Positions 1 to 11,407 are shown, counted from the stretch's first letter. The stretch: DNA of 32,000 nt from Synechococcus sp. A15-28 (GCF_014280175.1 NZ_CP047931.1:1860001-1892000), one strand, 5' to 3'. Program-made: numbers and translations. Notes: generated by a model not told the origin, from the letters alone.

Positions 1-435
1 CAGGCCCAGCGGACAGCTCGATAGGCAGCGACCACAGCCGTAACAACGCAGCTCGTCCACCGATCCCACCGCTGCGATCGCCTCTGCAGGACAGACCCGC
101 TGACAGGGGCGAGGACAGTCGACCGGACAACGGGCAGGGTCAAACCAGGCCTTGCGGAAGTGGGCATCACTGCCGTCACTGACGCTCACCATCAGCCATG
201 GCCGCGCCAGGCCGTTCTGATCCAGCCACTGGAGCCCCTGCCGAGCCGCCCTGACAACCGCTGGGTCGGCTGCGACATCGACGCAGTCGATGCCTGCAGC
301 TCCGTAAACGGCGCAGAGATCGGTGATCGCCGGCAGATCCTGGTTGCTGGCACCGCAGATCAACTTGACCCAGTGGCCCTGACGCAGGGCCTCCTGCGGA
401 TTCAGCTGGCCAGGAGGCCGCTCATCGGCTGCCAT
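1..435 (-). CDS. ldpA: LdpA-like iron-sulfur (4Fe-4S) protein, N-terminal 145 codons; continues past the left window edge
   Basis: Manual minus-strand translation from ATG at 435: [61 protein letters not shown]...[14 protein letters not shown]...[12 protein letters not shown]. The KLICGAS and VDVAADP motifs plus ferredoxin-type Cys clusters are typical of cyanobacterial LdpA. It is open to position 1, so it is missing from the ORF track. Confidence 0.7.
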   Translation of the reverse strand, partial: MAADERPPGQLNPQEALRQGHWVKLICGASNQDLPAITDLCAVYGAAGIDCVDVAADPAVVRAARQGLQWLDQNGLARPWLMVSVSDGSDAHFRKAWFDPARCPVDCPRPCQRVCPAEAIAAVGSVDELRCYGCGRCLSSCPLGL

Positions 436-863
436 CGCAGGCTCCTGGCTCCACCCATTTCAACGATGATGCGCAGACGGGGTTCACGGCTGCAGAGATC
501 GCAGAGGGAGCTCAGCTCGGATTGCGACAACACCTGTCCCTCCAGCAGCCAGAGCGCCACCTGGGCGTCACCGTCGAGCAGATCCCCAAGCTGCGGCACC
601 ACCTCCTGCACCTCCCCCACGGCAGCACCGCGCCCGACGCTCTGATGGCCGAGATGGGGAGGGCGAATGCCGTGTTTCTGGGTCAGGAACACCTCCGGAT
701 CGCCGAGGCCACGGGCTGACGTGAGTCGGGTGCGGTAGCCGGCCCCACGCAGGCGACGCAACAGCCTGGTTTCCGCTCCACCCTCCAGCGGGGCATGCAC
801 AGCCAAGCAACCATGGGCCTCGAGATCACGGCGGAATGTCCGACCGCTGAGAAGCAGAGGCAT
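402..863 (-). CDS. ndhN: NAD(P)H-quinone oxidoreductase (NDH-1) subunit N
   Basis: ORF 402..905, with the likely start at the internal Met (863): [43 protein letters not shown]...ARGLGD...HGIRPPHLG...LWLLEG..LSQSEL...[12 protein letters not shown]. This matches the conserved NdhN pattern. Confidence 0.85.
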   Translation of the reverse strand: MPLLLSGRTFRRDLEAHGCLAVHAPLEGGAETRLLRRLRGAGYRTRLTSARGLGDPEVFLTQKHGIRPPHLGHQSVGRGAAVGEVQEVVPQLGDLLDGDAQVALWLLEGQVLSQSELSSLCDLCSREPRLRIIVEMGGARSLRWQPMSGLLAS

Positions 864-1238
864 GACTGCAGGATGGCTGCGCAAGAGTCTGGCAGCCAAA
901 GGCAAGGGTGGGGAAGAGGAGAAAGGTGCTGCTGTATGGTCTTTGTTTGTTCTGCGTTTCTGTGCCCGTCCGCTAGCCGGGCCTCCAGTCGGCAGAACAG
1001 ACCCCGCGATTGCGCAGGGTCCTCAGGCCAGAGCGGATTCTCCAATCCGCCGGGAAACTTCCAGAGCACTCCGTGCACAGGTCAGTCCCAGCCTCGCTGA
1101 ATCGACCGCTAGCCCCATTCGAGAGACCTCCTTTCCGGATCCCTCCCTCGAACCACGTCTGCGTCCAACCGATCAGCACGCCATGCCCCATCCGGCTTTC
1201 CGGATGGTGGTAGTCCCGCTGGCGCTTCCTCCCCAACC

Positions 1239-1895
1239 ATGTCAATCGGCATTCTCGGGAAGAAGCTGGGCATGTCCCAGTTCTTCGACGAGCAGGGCAG
1301 AGCCGTCCCCGTCACCTTGATCGAGGCCGGCCCCTGCCGAATCACCCAACTCAAAAGCAGCGACACCGATGGCTATGCCGCGGTGCAGATCGGCTTCGGC
1401 GATACCCGCGAAAAGCTGATCAACAAGCCTGCCAAGGGTCACCTCAACAAAACCGGCGAGAGCCTCCTGCGTCACCTGCGCGAATACCGCGTGGATGGCC
1501 TTGAGGGTTTCGAACTGGGCGGATCGATCACCGTTGGTGATTTCGAAGCCGGCCAGAAGGTTGATGTCAGCGGTGACACGATCGGCCGCGGCTTCTCCGG
1601 TTATCAGAAACGCCATGGCTTCAGCCGTGGTCCGATGACCCACGGTTCCAAGAACCACCGCGAGCCCGGTTCGATCGGCCCCGGCACCACACCGGGCCGC
1701 ATCTATCCAGGCAAGCGCATGGCCGGTCGCTACGGCGGCAAGAAGATCACCACCCGCGGCCTGACCATCCTCAAGGTGGACAGCGAGCGCAACCTGCTGG
1801 TGGTGAAAGGGTCGGTTCCCGGCAAGCCGGGCGCCCTGCTGAACATCCGACCCGCCCTGCGGGTGGGTGCCAAGCCCGCCAAAGGAGGACAGTGA
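1239..1895 (+). CDS. rplC: 50S ribosomal protein L3
   Basis: [39 protein letters not shown]; first gene of the cluster. Confidence 0.97.
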   Translation: MSIGILGKKLGMSQFFDEQGRAVPVTLIEAGPCRITQLKSSDTDGYAAVQIGFGDTREKLINKPAKGHLNKTGESLLRHLREYRVDGLEGFELGGSITVGDFEAGQKVDVSGDTIGRGFSGYQKRHGFSRGPMTHGSKNHREPGSIGPGTTPGRIYPGKRMAGRYGGKKITTRGLTILKVDSERNLLVVKGSVPGKPGALLNIRPALRVGAKPAKGGQ

Positions 1896-2530
1896 TGGCT
1901 GACTGCGTGATTCGCGACTGGCAGGGAAAGGAAGCCGGCAAGGCGACCCTCGACCTGAAAGTGGCCAAGGAGACCACGGCCAACGATCTGATGCATCGTG
2001 CGGTTCTGCGCCAGCAGGCCCACAGCCGTCAGGGAACCGCTTCCACCCTCACCCGATCCGAGGTGCGTGGTGGTGGCCGCAAGCCCTACAAGCAGAAAGG
2101 AACAGGCCGGGCCCGTCAGGGTTCAATCCGGACTCCTCTGCGCCCCGGCGGCGGCATCGTCTTCGGACCGAAGCCCCGCACTTACAACCTTGCGATGAAC
2201 CGCAAGGAACGTCGTCTGGCCCTGCGCACTGCGCTGATGGCCCGCATCGACGACGTGACCGTGGTGAAGGACTTCGGATCGAGTCTTGAAGCCCCCAAAA
2301 CCAAGGAGATCACGGATGCCCTGGGACGTCTCGGCATCGCTGCCGACGCCAAGGTGCTGATCGTGCTCACCGAACCTTCCGAGGTGGTGCGCCGCTCGGT
2401 GCGCAACCTGGAGAAGGTGAAGCTGATCGCCGCCAATCAGCTCAACGTCTTCGATCTGCTCCACGCCAATGCACTGGTGCTCGGCGAGGACGCCCTTGCA
2501 ACCATCCAGGAGGTCTACGGAAATGACTGA
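1895..2530 (+). CDS. rplD: 50S ribosomal protein L4
   Basis: ORF 1892..2530. The ATG at 1895 shares its A with the rplC TGA (TGATG), and GTG at 1892 is an alternative start. [20 protein letters not shown] motif. Confidence 0.95.
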   Translation: MADCVIRDWQGKEAGKATLDLKVAKETTANDLMHRAVLRQQAHSRQGTASTLTRSEVRGGGRKPYKQKGTGRARQGSIRTPLRPGGGIVFGPKPRTYNLAMNRKERRLALRTALMARIDDVTVVKDFGSSLEAPKTKEITDALGRLGIAADAKVLIVLTEPSEVVRRSVRNLEKVKLIAANQLNVFDLLHANALVLGEDALATIQEVYGND

Positions 2531-2825
2531 GCGTTTCCAGGGCCGCCTGGCTGACGTCATTCGTCGGCCACTGATCACCGAGAAGGCCACCCGGGCCCTC
2601 GAGTTCAACCAGTACACCTTCGAGGTGGACCACCGCGCCGCAAAACCTGACATCAAGGCCGCCATTGAGCAGCTCTTCGATGTAAAGGTCACCGGCATCA
2701 GCACCATGAATCCCCCCCGTCGCACGCGTCGGATGGGTCGCTTCTCCGGCCGTCGTGCCCAGGTGAAGAAAGCCGTGGTGCGCCTGGCGGAGGGCAACTC
2801 GATCCAACTCTTCCCTGAGTCCTGA
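2523..2825 (+). CDS. rplW: 50S ribosomal protein L23
   Basis: Internal Met of ORF 2469..2825: [27 protein letters not shown]. Overlaps the rplD stop by 8 nt. Confidence 0.93.
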   Translation: MTERFQGRLADVIRRPLITEKATRALEFNQYTFEVDHRAAKPDIKAAIEQLFDVKVTGISTMNPPRRTRRMGRFSGRRAQVKKAVVRLAEGNSIQLFPES

Positions 2826-2840
2826 GGGGTCTGAATCGTC

Positions 2841-3704
2841 ATGGCAATCCGTAACTTCCGCCCCTACACCCCCGGTACCAGAACCCGGGTGGTCACCGAC
2901 TTCAGCGAAGTCACCGGCCGCAAGCCGGAACGGTCCCTGGTGGTGTCCAAGCACCGCCGCAAGGGCCGCAACAACCGTGGTGTGATCACCTGCCGCCATC
3001 GCGGTGGCGGTCACAAGCGGCTGTACCGCGTGGTGGACTTCCGCCGCAACAAGCACGGCGTCACCGCAAAGGTGGCCGCCATCCACTACGACCCCCATCG
3101 CAACGCCCGTCTGGCGCTGCTCTTCTACGCCGACGGCGAGAAGCGCTACATCCTCGCTCCAGCAGGGGTGCAGATCGGTCAGACCGTGGTCTCCGGACCC
3201 GACGCTCCGATCGAAATCGGCAACGCCATGCCGCTGTCGGCCGTGCCCCTGGGTTCCAGTGTTCACTGCGTTGAGCTCTATGCCGGCCGCGGTGGACAGA
3301 TGGTGCGCACCGCCGGCGCCAGCGCTCAGGTGATGGCCAAAGAAGGTGACTACGTCGCCCTCAAGCTGCCATCCACCGAGGTGCGCTTGGTCCGCCGCGA
3401 GTGCTACGCCACCCTCGGCGAAGTGGGCAACTCTGAAGTTCGCAACACCAGCCTGGGCAAGGCCGGTCGTCGCCGCTGGCTGGGGCGTCGCCCCCAGGTT
3501 CGAGGCAGTGTGATGAACCCCTGCGACCACCCCCACGGTGGTGGTGAGGGTCGGGCTCCCATCGGCCGCTCCGGCCCGGTGACCCCCTGGGGCAAACCCG
3601 CCCTCGGTCTCAAGACCCGCAAGCGGAATAAGCCCAGCAACCAATACGTGCTCCGGAAGCGTCGCAAGACCTCCAAGCGGAGCCGTGGCGGACGCGATTC
3701 CTGA
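2841..3704 (+). CDS. rplB: 50S ribosomal protein L2
   Basis: [25 protein letters not shown]...[14 protein letters not shown]. Confidence 0.98.
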   Translation: MAIRNFRPYTPGTRTRVVTDFSEVTGRKPERSLVVSKHRRKGRNNRGVITCRHRGGGHKRLYRVVDFRRNKHGVTAKVAAIHYDPHRNARLALLFYADGEKRYILAPAGVQIGQTVVSGPDAPIEIGNAMPLSAVPLGSSVHCVELYAGRGGQMVRTAGASAQVMAKEGDYVALKLPSTEVRLVRRECYATLGEVGNSEVRNTSLGKAGRRRWLGRRPQVRGSVMNPCDHPHGGGEGRAPIGRSGPVTPWGKPALGLKTRKRNKPSNQYVLRKRRKTSKRSRGGRDS

Positions 3705-3739
3705 TGCCGACCATCGTTTTGCCGCTTGCTTAAACCGCT

Positions 3740-4015
3740 ATGGGACGTTCACTCAAAAAAGGTCCGTTTATTGCCGACAGCCTGCTTCGCAAGGTTGAAA
3801 GGCAGAACGACGCCGATGACAAGTCCGTGATCAAAACCTGGTCTCGGGCCTCCACAATCCTGCCGATGATGATCGGCCACACCATTGCCGTTCACAACGG
3901 CAAGACCCACGTGCCCGTGTTCATCACCGAGCAGATGGTGGGTCACAAGCTGGGGGAGTTCGCTCCCACCCGCACCTTCAAGGGCCACATCAAAGACAAG
4001 AAAGGAGGCCGCTGA
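3740..4015 (+). CDS. rpsS: 30S ribosomal protein S19
   Basis: [20 protein letters not shown]...[23 protein letters not shown]. Confidence 0.98.
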   Translation: MGRSLKKGPFIADSLLRKVERQNDADDKSVIKTWSRASTILPMMIGHTIAVHNGKTHVPVFITEQMVGHKLGEFAPTRTFKGHIKDKKGGR

Positions 4016-4019
4016 CGCC

Positions 4020-4385
4020 ATGACCACGTCATCCACCACGGCTCCCACCGCCCACGCCCACGGACGCTTCATCCGAGGCTCCGTGTCGAAGGTGCGCCGT
4101 GTTCTCGATCAGATCCGGGGTCGCACCTACCGCGACGCTCTGATCATGCTCGAGTTCATGCCCTACCGCTCCACCGGACCGATCACCAAGGTGCTCAGGT
4201 CCGCTGTGGCGAATGCTGAGCACAACCTCGGCCTTGATCCCGCCTCCCTGGTGATCTCCAGTGCCAGTGCCGACATGGGCCCTGCCATGAAGCGCTACCG
4301 CCCCCGGGCTCAGGGTCGCGCTTACCAGATCAAAAAGCAGACCTGCCACATCAGCATTGCTGTGGCGGCTCAGCCCGATTCCTGA
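4020..4385 (+). CDS. rplV: 50S ribosomal protein L22
   Basis: Internal Met (4020) of ORF 3885..4385: [50 protein letters not shown]. The track start at 3885 would overlap rpsS. Confidence 0.94.
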   Translation: MTTSSTTAPTAHAHGRFIRGSVSKVRRVLDQIRGRTYRDALIMLEFMPYRSTGPITKVLRSAVANAEHNLGLDPASLVISSASADMGPAMKRYRPRAQGRAYQIKKQTCHISIAVAAQPDS

Positions 4386-4405
4386 CCCCCGAGGACTCTG
4401 ACCCA

Positions 4406-5134
4406 ATGGGACACAAGATCAACCCAACCGGTCTGCGCCTGGGGATCACCCAGGAACACCGGTCACGCTGGTACGCCTCCAGCAAAAGTTATCCGGCCCT
4501 CCTTCAGGAGGATGATCGGATCCGCAAGTTCATCCACAAGAAATACGGTTCCGCAGGCATCAGTGATGTGCTGATCGCCCGCAAGGCCGATCAGCTCGAG
4601 GTGGAGCTCAAAACCGCGCGCCCCGGCGTGCTCGTGGGCCGCCAGGGCAGCGGGATCGAGGAACTCCGTTCCGGAATCCAGAAGACGGTCGGTGATCGGA
4701 GCCGCCAGGTTCGGATCAACGTTGTCGAAGTGGAGCGCGTCGACGGCGACGCCTTCCTGCTGGCTGAGTACATCGCCCAGCAACTGGAAAAACGTGTGGC
4801 CTTCCGCCGCACCATCCGCATGGCCGTCCAGCGCGCCCAACGCGCTGGGGTTCTCGGCCTGAAGATCCAGGTATCCGGTCGCCTCAACGGGGCTGAAATT
4901 GCCCGAACCGAGTGGACCCGTGAAGGTCGGGTCCCCCTGCACACCCTGCGGGCGGACATCGACTACGCCACCAAGGTGGCCAGCACGACCTACGGCGTGT
5001 TGGGCATCAAGGTGTGGGTCTTCAAGGGTGAAGTGCTGAGCGATGAAGCTCCGCAGATGCCGGTGGGGGCTTCCCCTCGCCGCCGGGCCAGCCGTCGGCC
5101 CCAACAGTTCGAAGACCGCTCAAACGAGGGTTGA
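4406..5134 (+). CDS. rpsC: 30S ribosomal protein S3
   Basis: [24 protein letters not shown]; KH and S3-C regions recognisable. Confidence 0.98.
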   Translation: MGHKINPTGLRLGITQEHRSRWYASSKSYPALLQEDDRIRKFIHKKYGSAGISDVLIARKADQLEVELKTARPGVLVGRQGSGIEELRSGIQKTVGDRSRQVRINVVEVERVDGDAFLLAEYIAQQLEKRVAFRRTIRMAVQRAQRAGVLGLKIQVSGRLNGAEIARTEWTREGRVPLHTLRADIDYATKVASTTYGVLGIKVWVFKGEVLSDEAPQMPVGASPRRRASRRPQQFEDRSNEG

Positions 5135-5150
5135 ACAGGAGGCCTGAACC

Positions 5151-5630
5151 ATGCTGAGTCCAAAACGCGTCAAATTCCGGAAAATGCAGCGAGGCCGCAT
5201 GCGCGGCGTCGCTACCCGGGGCAACACCATCGCCTTCGGCCAATTCGCGCTGCAGGCCCAGGAGTGCGGCTGGATCACCTCACGCCAGATCGAGGCCAGC
5301 CGTCGTGCCATGACCCGTCACGTCAAACGTGGCGGCAAGATCTGGATCCGGATCTTCCCGGACAAGTCGATCACCATGCGCGCCGCCGAAACCCGGATGG
5401 GTTCCGGTAAGGGCAACCCGGAATTCTGGGTGGCTGTGATCAAGCCAGGCCGCATCCTCTTCGAGATGGGTGGTGATGAAATCACCCCCGAAATCGCCAA
5501 GGAGGCCATGCGTCTGGCGCAGTACAAGCTGCCCGTGAAGACCAAATTCATCCAGCTGGATGAACAACAACAGAAGCAATCGGCTGCGGAAGCACCGGCT
5601 GCTGCTGATGCCGTCACCGTGGAGTCCTGA
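5151..5630 (+). CDS. rplP: 50S ribosomal protein L16
   Basis: [25 protein letters not shown], with a Gln/Ala-rich C-terminal tail. Confidence 0.98.
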   Translation: MLSPKRVKFRKMQRGRMRGVATRGNTIAFGQFALQAQECGWITSRQIEASRRAMTRHVKRGGKIWIRIFPDKSITMRAAETRMGSGKGNPEFWVAVIKPGRILFEMGGDEITPEIAKEAMRLAQYKLPVKTKFIQLDEQQQKQSAAEAPAAADAVTVES

Positions 5631-5632
5631 CC

Positions 5633-5842
5633 ATGGCCCGTCCCAACGCCGCTGAGGTCCGAAAGCTGTCCGATGCGGACCTCACTGAACAGATTGACGG
5701 TCTTCGCCGCGAACTGTTTCAGCTCCGCTTCCAGCAGGCCACACGCCAGCTGGCCAACACGCACCGCTTCAAAGAGGTCCGCATCAAGCTGGCCCAGCTG
5801 ATGACGGTGCAATCGGAGCGCCAGCGCTCCGCCGCGTCCTGA
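5633..5842 (+). CDS. rpmC: 50S ribosomal protein L29
   Basis: [29 protein letters not shown]. Confidence 0.96.
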   Translation: MARPNAAEVRKLSDADLTEQIDGLRRELFQLRFQQATRQLANTHRFKEVRIKLAQLMTVQSERQRSAAS

Positions 5843-5859
5843 TCCCCCTCTCTGTACCC

Positions 5860-6171
5860 ATGGCAGTCAAGGAAAGGGTCGGCACCGTCGTCAGCGACAA
5901 GATGGAAAAAACGGTGGTGGTGGCGGTGGAAAGCCGCTTCCCCCACCCCATCTATCAAAAGACGGTCAGCCGCACCACCCGCTACAAAGCCCACGACGAA
6001 GACAACTCCTGTCGCGTCGGGGACCGTGTGCGCATCACGGAAACCCGACCGATGAGCCGGCACAAGCGCTGGGCCATCGCCGAGGTGCTGAGCCACAGCC
6101 CGAAGGCTGACAAATCAGCCAAGAGTGCTGCTCCCGCCACCGAGGCTGCGGCCGAGGAGGTGAGCGAATGA
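5860..6171 (+). CDS. rpsQ: 30S ribosomal protein S17
   Basis: [36 protein letters not shown], with an Ala/Glu-rich C-terminal tail. Confidence 0.97.
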   Translation: MAVKERVGTVVSDKMEKTVVVAVESRFPHPIYQKTVSRTTRYKAHDEDNSCRVGDRVRITETRPMSRHKRWAIAEVLSHSPKADKSAKSAAPATEAAAEEVSE

Positions 6172-6533
6172 TCCAGCAGGAGAGTTATCTGAGCGTTGCT
6201 GACAACAGTGGCGCCAAGCGCATCCAGTGCATTCGTGTGCTGGGCACCAACCGTCGCTACGCCCATGTGGGCGATGTGATCGTCGCCGCCGTCAAGGACG
6301 CCATGCCCAACATGGGCGTCAAGAAGTCCGATGTGGTGAAAGCCGTGGTGGTTCGCACCAAGGCAACCCTCCGCCGCGACACGGGCAACTCCATTCGGTT
6401 CGACGACAACGCGGCGGTGATCATCAACGCCGACAACAACCCCAAAGGCACCCGCGTCTTCGGACCGGTGGCCCGTGAACTGCGCGACCGCAACTTCACC
6501 AAAATCGTGTCCCTCGCTCCGGAGGTGATCTGA
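6168..6533 (+). CDS. rplN: 50S ribosomal protein L14
   Basis: [26 protein letters not shown]; ATGA start/stop overlap with rpsQ. Confidence 0.98.
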   Translation: MIQQESYLSVADNSGAKRIQCIRVLGTNRRYAHVGDVIVAAVKDAMPNMGVKKSDVVKAVVVRTKATLRRDTGNSIRFDDNAAVIINADNNPKGTRVFGPVARELRDRNFTKIVSLAPEVI

Positions 6534-6535
6534 CC

Positions 6536-6892
6536 ATGGCCACCGCAACCAGCAAGGCCAAGCCCAGCGATCGCATCAAGATGCGCATCCGCAAAGGCGA
6601 CACCGTTCAGGTGATCGCCGGTAAGGACAAGGGCAAAACCGGCGAGGTGCTCCGCACCCTGCCCAACGAGAACCGCGTGATCGTGGAGGGCGTCAACATG
6701 CGCACCCGCCACGAGAAACCCACCCAGGAAGGTGAAACCGGACGCATCGTGAACGAGGAGGCATCTCTGCATGCGTCCAACGTGATGCTCTATTCGACCG
6801 CCAAGAAGGTGGCGAGCCGCGTCGAGATCGTCGTCGAAAAGGACGGCAGCAAGAAGCGCAGGCTCAAGAAAACCGGTGAAGTCCTCGACTGA
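6536..6892 (+). CDS. rplX: 50S ribosomal protein L24
   Basis: [26 protein letters not shown] (KOW motif). Confidence 0.97.
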   Translation: MATATSKAKPSDRIKMRIRKGDTVQVIAGKDKGKTGEVLRTLPNENRVIVEGVNMRTRHEKPTQEGETGRIVNEEASLHASNVMLYSTAKKVASRVEIVVEKDGSKKRRLKKTGEVLD

Positions 6893-6933
6893 AACCGACT
6901 TCTGACCAAGCCCAGAAGCACCCCACACCCCCC

Positions 6934-7473
6934 ATGTCACTCAAGAAGCGCTTCAGGGAGACCATTCAGCCCAAGCTGCAGAAGGATCTCTCCCTCACCA
7001 ACATCCACGAAGTCCCCAAGGTGGTGAAAGTCACCGTCAACCGGGGGCTCGGCGAAGCCGCCGCCAACGCCAAGTCCCTCGAGGCCTCGGTGAAGGAGCT
7101 GGCTCAGATCACCGGTCAGAAGGTGGTCGTCACCCGTGCCAAGAAGGCCATCGCAGGCTTCAAGATCCGCCAGGGCATGCCGATCGGTTGTGCCGTCACC
7201 CTGCGCGGTGACCGGATGTACGCGTTCCTGGAGCGCTTGATCAACCTGGCGCTGCCCCGCATCCGCGACTTCCGCGGGGTGAGCCCCAAGAGCTTTGACG
7301 GGCGCGGCAATTACACCCTGGGGGTGCGGGAGCAGATCATCTTCCCCGAGATCTCCTTCGACAAGATCGATGCCATCCGTGGCATGGACATCACCATCGT
7401 GACCACTGCCCGTTCAGACGAAGAGGGCCGGGCCCTCCTCCGCGAGATGGGAATGCCGTTCCAGAGCAACTGA
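6934..7473 (+). CDS. rplE: 50S ribosomal protein L5
   Basis: [40 protein letters not shown]. Confidence 0.98.
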   Translation: MSLKKRFRETIQPKLQKDLSLTNIHEVPKVVKVTVNRGLGEAAANAKSLEASVKELAQITGQKVVVTRAKKAIAGFKIRQGMPIGCAVTLRGDRMYAFLERLINLALPRIRDFRGVSPKSFDGRGNYTLGVREQIIFPEISFDKIDAIRGMDITIVTTARSDEEGRALLREMGMPFQSN

Positions 7474-7492
7474 GCCCTCCCCGTCGACACCT

Positions 7493-7894
7493 ATGGCCAA
7501 CCACGACCCCATTTCCGACATGCTCACCCGCATTCGCAATGCGAGTGAGAAGCGTCACGAGACCACCAAGATCCCTGCATCACGCATGACCCGCAGCATC
7601 GCCAAGGTGCTGCGGCAGGAGGGCTTCATCTCCGAAATCAGCGAACAGGGCGAAGGCGTGCGCACCGAACTGGTGCTCTCCCTCAAGTACAGCGGCAAGC
7701 ACCGGCTCCCCACCATCCGCTCCATGCAGCGGGTGAGCAAGCCAGGTCTGCGCATCTACAAGAACACCCGTGGCCTGCCCAAGGTCCTCGGCGGTCTTGG
7801 CGTTGCAATCATCTCCACCTCCAAGGGTGTGATGAGTGATCGCGATGCCCGCCGCGAGGGCGTCGGGGGCGAGGTGCTCTGTTACGTCTACTGA
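7493..7894 (+). CDS. rpsH: 30S ribosomal protein S8
   Basis: [17 protein letters not shown]...GGEVLCYVY. Confidence 0.98.
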   Translation: MANHDPISDMLTRIRNASEKRHETTKIPASRMTRSIAKVLRQEGFISEISEQGEGVRTELVLSLKYSGKHRLPTIRSMQRVSKPGLRIYKNTRGLPKVLGGLGVAIISTSKGVMSDRDARREGVGGEVLCYVY

Positions 7895-7908
7895 TCCGGA
7901 GCTCAACC

Positions 7909-8448
7909 ATGTCACGCATCGGCAAAAATCCCGTTCCCGTTCCCGACAAGGTGACCGTCTCCCTCGACGGTCTCACCGTGAAGGTCAAGGGACCGAAGGG
8001 AGAACTGGAACGCACCCTTCCTGACGGCGTCAGCGTCAGCCAGGAAGAGAACACCATCGTGGTGGCTCCATCCACCACCAAACGTTTTTCGCGCGAACGC
8101 CACGGCCTTTGCCGCACCCTCGTCGCCAACATGATCGAGGGCGTCAACAACGGCTACAGCAAGAGCCTTGAAATCGTGGGCGTGGGTTCCAGGGCCCAGG
8201 TCAAAGGCAAGACCCTTGTGGTCAGCGCCGGCTACAGCCACCCCGTTGAGGTGGAGCCGCCCGAGGGCATCACCTTCAAGGTCGAGAACAACACCAAGGT
8301 GATTGTCTCCGGCATCGACAAGGAACTGGTGGGCAACGAGGCCGCCAAGGTCCGCGCCATTCGCCCGCCCGAGCCTTACAAAGGCAAGGGCATCAAGTAC
8401 GAGGGCGAGCGCATCCTGCGCAAGGCGGGCAAGTCCGGCAAGAAATAA
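7909..8448 (+). CDS. rplF: 50S ribosomal protein L6
   Basis: [33 protein letters not shown]. Confidence 0.98.
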   Translation: MSRIGKNPVPVPDKVTVSLDGLTVKVKGPKGELERTLPDGVSVSQEENTIVVAPSTTKRFSRERHGLCRTLVANMIEGVNNGYSKSLEIVGVGSRAQVKGKTLVVSAGYSHPVEVEPPEGITFKVENNTKVIVSGIDKELVGNEAAKVRAIRPPEPYKGKGIKYEGERILRKAGKSGKK

Positions 8449-8481
8449 GCCTTGTCCTGACGTTCCTCTCCCTTACCCACC

Positions 8482-8850
8482 ATGTCCAAACTGTCCCGCA
8501 AACAGCAGACGCAGAAACGCCACCGGCGTCTGCGTCGCCACCTCACCGGCACCTCCGACCGTCCGCGGCTGGCGGTGTTCCGCTCCAACAATCACATCTA
8601 CGCTCAGGTCATCGATGACGATGCTCAGAGCACCCTCTGTTCGGCTTCGACCGTCGACAAGGAGCTGCGTGTCGGCCTCGAGGCCAACGGCGGCAGCTGT
8701 GATGCATCCGTCGCCGTCGGCGAACTGGTCGCCAAGCGCGCCATCGCCAAGGGCATCCAAAGCGTGGTCTTTGACCGTGGCGGCAACCTGTACCACGGCC
8801 GGATCAAAGCCCTAGCCGATGCCGCCCGGGAAGCGGGCCTTCAGTTCTGA
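8482..8850 (+). CDS. rplR: 50S ribosomal protein L18
   Basis: [34 protein letters not shown]. Confidence 0.98.
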   Translation: MSKLSRKQQTQKRHRRLRRHLTGTSDRPRLAVFRSNNHIYAQVIDDDAQSTLCSASTVDKELRVGLEANGGSCDASVAVGELVAKRAIAKGIQSVVFDRGGNLYHGRIKALADAAREAGLQF

Positions 8851-8864
8851 TTCCTGCTTGACCC

Positions 8865-9512
8865 ATGACAGATTCCTCTCCCCAGTCCAATCCCAACGCG
8901 GTGCCAGGCGCCGCAGATGTCCCCGCAGCCGCGGAGGGCCAGCAACAGGAGCAGCGTCGCGGCGGTGGCCGCGGTGAGCGTGGTGACCGCCGTGGCGGAC
9001 GCCGCGGTGATCGCCGCAACCAGGAGCGCGACTCCGAATGGCAGGAACGCGTGGTGCAGATCCGCCGCGTCTCCAAGACCGTCAAAGGCGGCAAGAAGAT
9101 GAGCTTCCGGGCCATCGTTGTCGTCGGGAACGAGAAAGGCCAGGTCGGCGTTGGTGTCGGCAAGGCCGGTGATGTGATCGGCGCTGTCCGTAAGGGTGTT
9201 GCCGATGGCAAGAAGCACCTGGTCAAGGTGCCTCTGACCCGTCACAACTCGATCCCCACCCTCTCTAATGGTCGCGACGGTGCCGCCAGCGTCCTGATCC
9301 GTCCGGCTGCCCCCGGTACCGGTGTGATTGCCGGCGGCTCCATCCGCACCGTGCTCGAGCTTGCCGGCATCAAGAATGTCCTGGCCAAGCGTCTGGGCAG
9401 CAAGACCCCCCTCAACAACGCCCGGGCTGCCATGGTGGCCCTGTCGCTTCTCCGCACCCACAAGGAGACGGCCAAAGAACGGGGAATCTCCCTCGAACAG
9501 ATCTATTCCTGA
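8865..9512 (+). CDS. rpsE: 30S ribosomal protein S5, with an Arg/Gly-rich N-terminal extension
   Basis: [43 protein letters not shown], preceded by [26 protein letters not shown]. Confidence 0.97.
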   Translation: MTDSSPQSNPNAVPGAADVPAAAEGQQQEQRRGGGRGERGDRRGGRRGDRRNQERDSEWQERVVQIRRVSKTVKGGKKMSFRAIVVVGNEKGQVGVGVGKAGDVIGAVRKGVADGKKHLVKVPLTRHNSIPTLSNGRDGAASVLIRPAAPGTGVIAGGSIRTVLELAGIKNVLAKRLGSKTPLNNARAAMVALSLLRTHKETAKERGISLEQIYS

Positions 9513-9518
9513 TTCGCG

Positions 9519-9977
9519 ATGACGACTCTCCGACTCGATTCCCTCAAAGCCAACAAGGGCGCCCGTCGCCGCAAACTGCGCAAGGGCCGTGGCATCGCCG
9601 CCGGCCAGGGCGCAAGCTGCGGTTTCGGCATGCGTGGCCAGAAGTCCCGCTCCGGCCGTCCCACCCGCCCAGGTTTCGAGGGTGGCCAGATGCCCCTCTA
9701 CCGCCGGGTGCCGAAGCTGAAGCACTTCCCCCTGGTGAACCCCAAGCACTTCACGGTGCTCAATGTTTCGGCTCTCAACAGCCTGAAGGACGGCAGCACC
9801 GTGAACATGGATTCCCTCGTCAAGGAAGGAATCGTCACCAGTCCGAAGCATCCGTTGAAGATCCTCGGCAACGGTGATCTGACGGCCAAGAAGCTGACGG
9901 TTCAAGCCGCTGCCTTCACCGCCTCAGCCCGCACCAAAATCGAAGCCGCCGGCGGCAGCTGCGAAACCCTGGACTGA
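9519..9977 (+). CDS. rplO: 50S ribosomal protein L15
   Basis: [38 protein letters not shown]. Confidence 0.98.
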   Translation: MTTLRLDSLKANKGARRRKLRKGRGIAAGQGASCGFGMRGQKSRSGRPTRPGFEGGQMPLYRRVPKLKHFPLVNPKHFTVLNVSALNSLKDGSTVNMDSLVKEGIVTSPKHPLKILGNGDLTAKKLTVQAAAFTASARTKIEAAGGSCETLD

Positions 9978-10015
9978 TCCGGCCGGGTTCACCGTCCGTC
10001 AGCCCTAAGGTCTGA

Positions 10016-10050
10016 GCCGCCCGCTGGAAGTCATTCCACGGGCGGCTTTG
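10016..10050 (+). terminator. GC-rich hairpin followed by TTTG between rplO and secY; possible weak intrinsic terminator or attenuator
   Basis: gccgcccg (10016-10023) pairs perfectly with cgggcggc (10039-10046) around a 15-nt loop and is followed by tttg. The T-tract is short. Confidence 0.35.
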
Positions 10051-10081
10051 CTGCATTCAGCCCACCCCATTTCTCCTGTCC

Positions 10082-11407
10082 ATGCTCGTCAGTCGGGGCC
10101 GCAATCCCAACGCCGCCGAAGTCATCAGTCAGCTGATCGGCAACTCGGGCCTGCGCAATCGCGTGCTCACCACCCTGAGCCTGTTGCTTCTGGTACGTCT
10201 CGGGATTTACATCCCTATCCCAGGGATCGACCGTGAGGCCTTTGCCAGTTTCATCGAGCAGGGCGGCTCCCTGCTGGGATTCCTTGACATCTTCACCGGC
10301 GGAGGCATCTCCACCCTCGGGGTGTTCGCGCTGGGAATCCTGCCGTTCATCAACGCCTCGATCATCCTGCAGCTCCTGACGGCATCCCTTCCACAACTGG
10401 AGGATCTGCAGAAAAACGAGGGTGAAGCCGGGCGACGCAAGATCGCGCAGATCACGCGCTACGTCGCTCTGGGCTGGGGGCTGATCCAAAGCGTCGTCTT
10501 TGCCATGATCCTGCGCCAGTACGCACTGGAGGGGACCAGCGAAGTCGTGTTCGTGGTGCAAACCGCGCTCTGTCTGGTCACCGGATCGATGGTGGTGATG
10601 TGGCTCAGCGAGGTGATCACCGAGCGGGGCATCGGCCAGGGCGCGTCGCTGGTGATCTTCCTCAACATCGTTGGGACGCTGCCTCGCACCCTCGGCGCCA
10701 CGATCGAGGCTGCTCAGACCGGAGACCGCAACACCGTGCTGGGCATTGTTGTGCTAGCGCTGGTCTTTCTGGTCACCATCGTCGGCATCATCTTTGTGCA
10801 GGAAGGCGCGCGTCGCATCCCGATCGTCAGCGCCAAGCGGCAGGTGGGAGGTGTCGGCGTTGGTGTTCTGCCCACCCGTCAGAGCTATCTGCCGTTGAAG
10901 CTGAATGCCGGCGGCGTCATGCCGATCATCTTTGCCTCAGCGGTGATCTTCCTGCCGGTCACCATTGCCAATTTCACCAAGAACGAATGGTTGATCCGGG
11001 CGGCCAGCCTGCTCAACCCCGGAGCCGCCAACCCCTGGCCCTACGCCCTGGCCTTCTTCGCTCTCATCCTCGGCTTTGCTTACTTCTACGCATCGCTGAC
11101 GGTGAACCCCACGGATATCGCCTCCAACCTGAAGAAGGGCGGCGTCGCCATTCCTGGGGTCCGTCCCGGCAGTGCCACCGCCACCTATCTCTCCGGAGTT
11201 CAGAACAGGCTCACCCTTCTGGGAGGCCTGTTTCTGGGAAGCGTCGCCATCATTCCCGCCGCGGTGGAACGCGCCACCAACGTGCAGACCTTCCAGGGCC
11301 TGGGGGCCACCTCATTGCTGATCCTCGTCGGCGTGGCCATCGACACCGCCAAACAGGTGCAGACCTATGTCATTTCCCAGCGCTACGAAGGCCTGGTCCG
11401 TCAGTGA
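10082..11407 (+). CDS. secY: Preprotein translocase subunit SecY
   Basis: 441 aa, multi-pass hydrophobic protein. LLLLVRLGIYIPIPGID...LGILPFINASIILQLL, in the canonical position after rplO. Confidence 0.97.
   Translation: MLVSRGRNPNAAEVISQLIGNSGLRNRVLTTLSLLLLVRLGIYIPIPGIDREAFASFIEQGGSLLGFLDIFTGGGISTLGVFALGILPFINASIILQLLTASLPQLEDLQKNEGEAGRRKIAQITRYVALGWGLIQSVVFAMILRQYALEGTSEVVFVVQTALCLVTGSMVVMWLSEVITERGIGQGASLVIFLNIVGTLPRTLGATIEAAQTGDRNTVLGIVVLALVFLVTIVGIIFVQEGARRIPIVSAKRQVGGVGVGVLPTRQSYLPLKLNAGGVMPIIFASAVIFLPVTIANFTKNEWLIRAASLLNPGAANPWPYALAFFALILGFAYFYASLTVNPTDIASNLKKGGVAIPGVRPGSATATYLSGVQNRLTLLGGLFLGSVAIIPAAVERATNVQTFQGLGATSLLILVGVAIDTAKQVQTYVISQRYEGLVRQ

Noticed and set aside
160-645. 161-aa plus-strand ORF at the left edge.
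   Set aside because: It is antisense to ldpA and ndhN, both of which have clear family signatures. Its composition is Ser/Pro/Arg-rich.
2442-3644. 400-aa minus-strand ORF antisense to rplW/rplB.
   Set aside because: It is a Gly/Ala/His/Val-rich shadow frame opposite a certain ribosomal gene. Long antisense ORFs are expected in high-GC DNA, and no motif was recognised.
8841-9905. 354-aa minus-strand ORF antisense to rpsE/rplO.
   Set aside because: Same reasoning. It is fully nested opposite two certain r-protein genes and has low-complexity composition.
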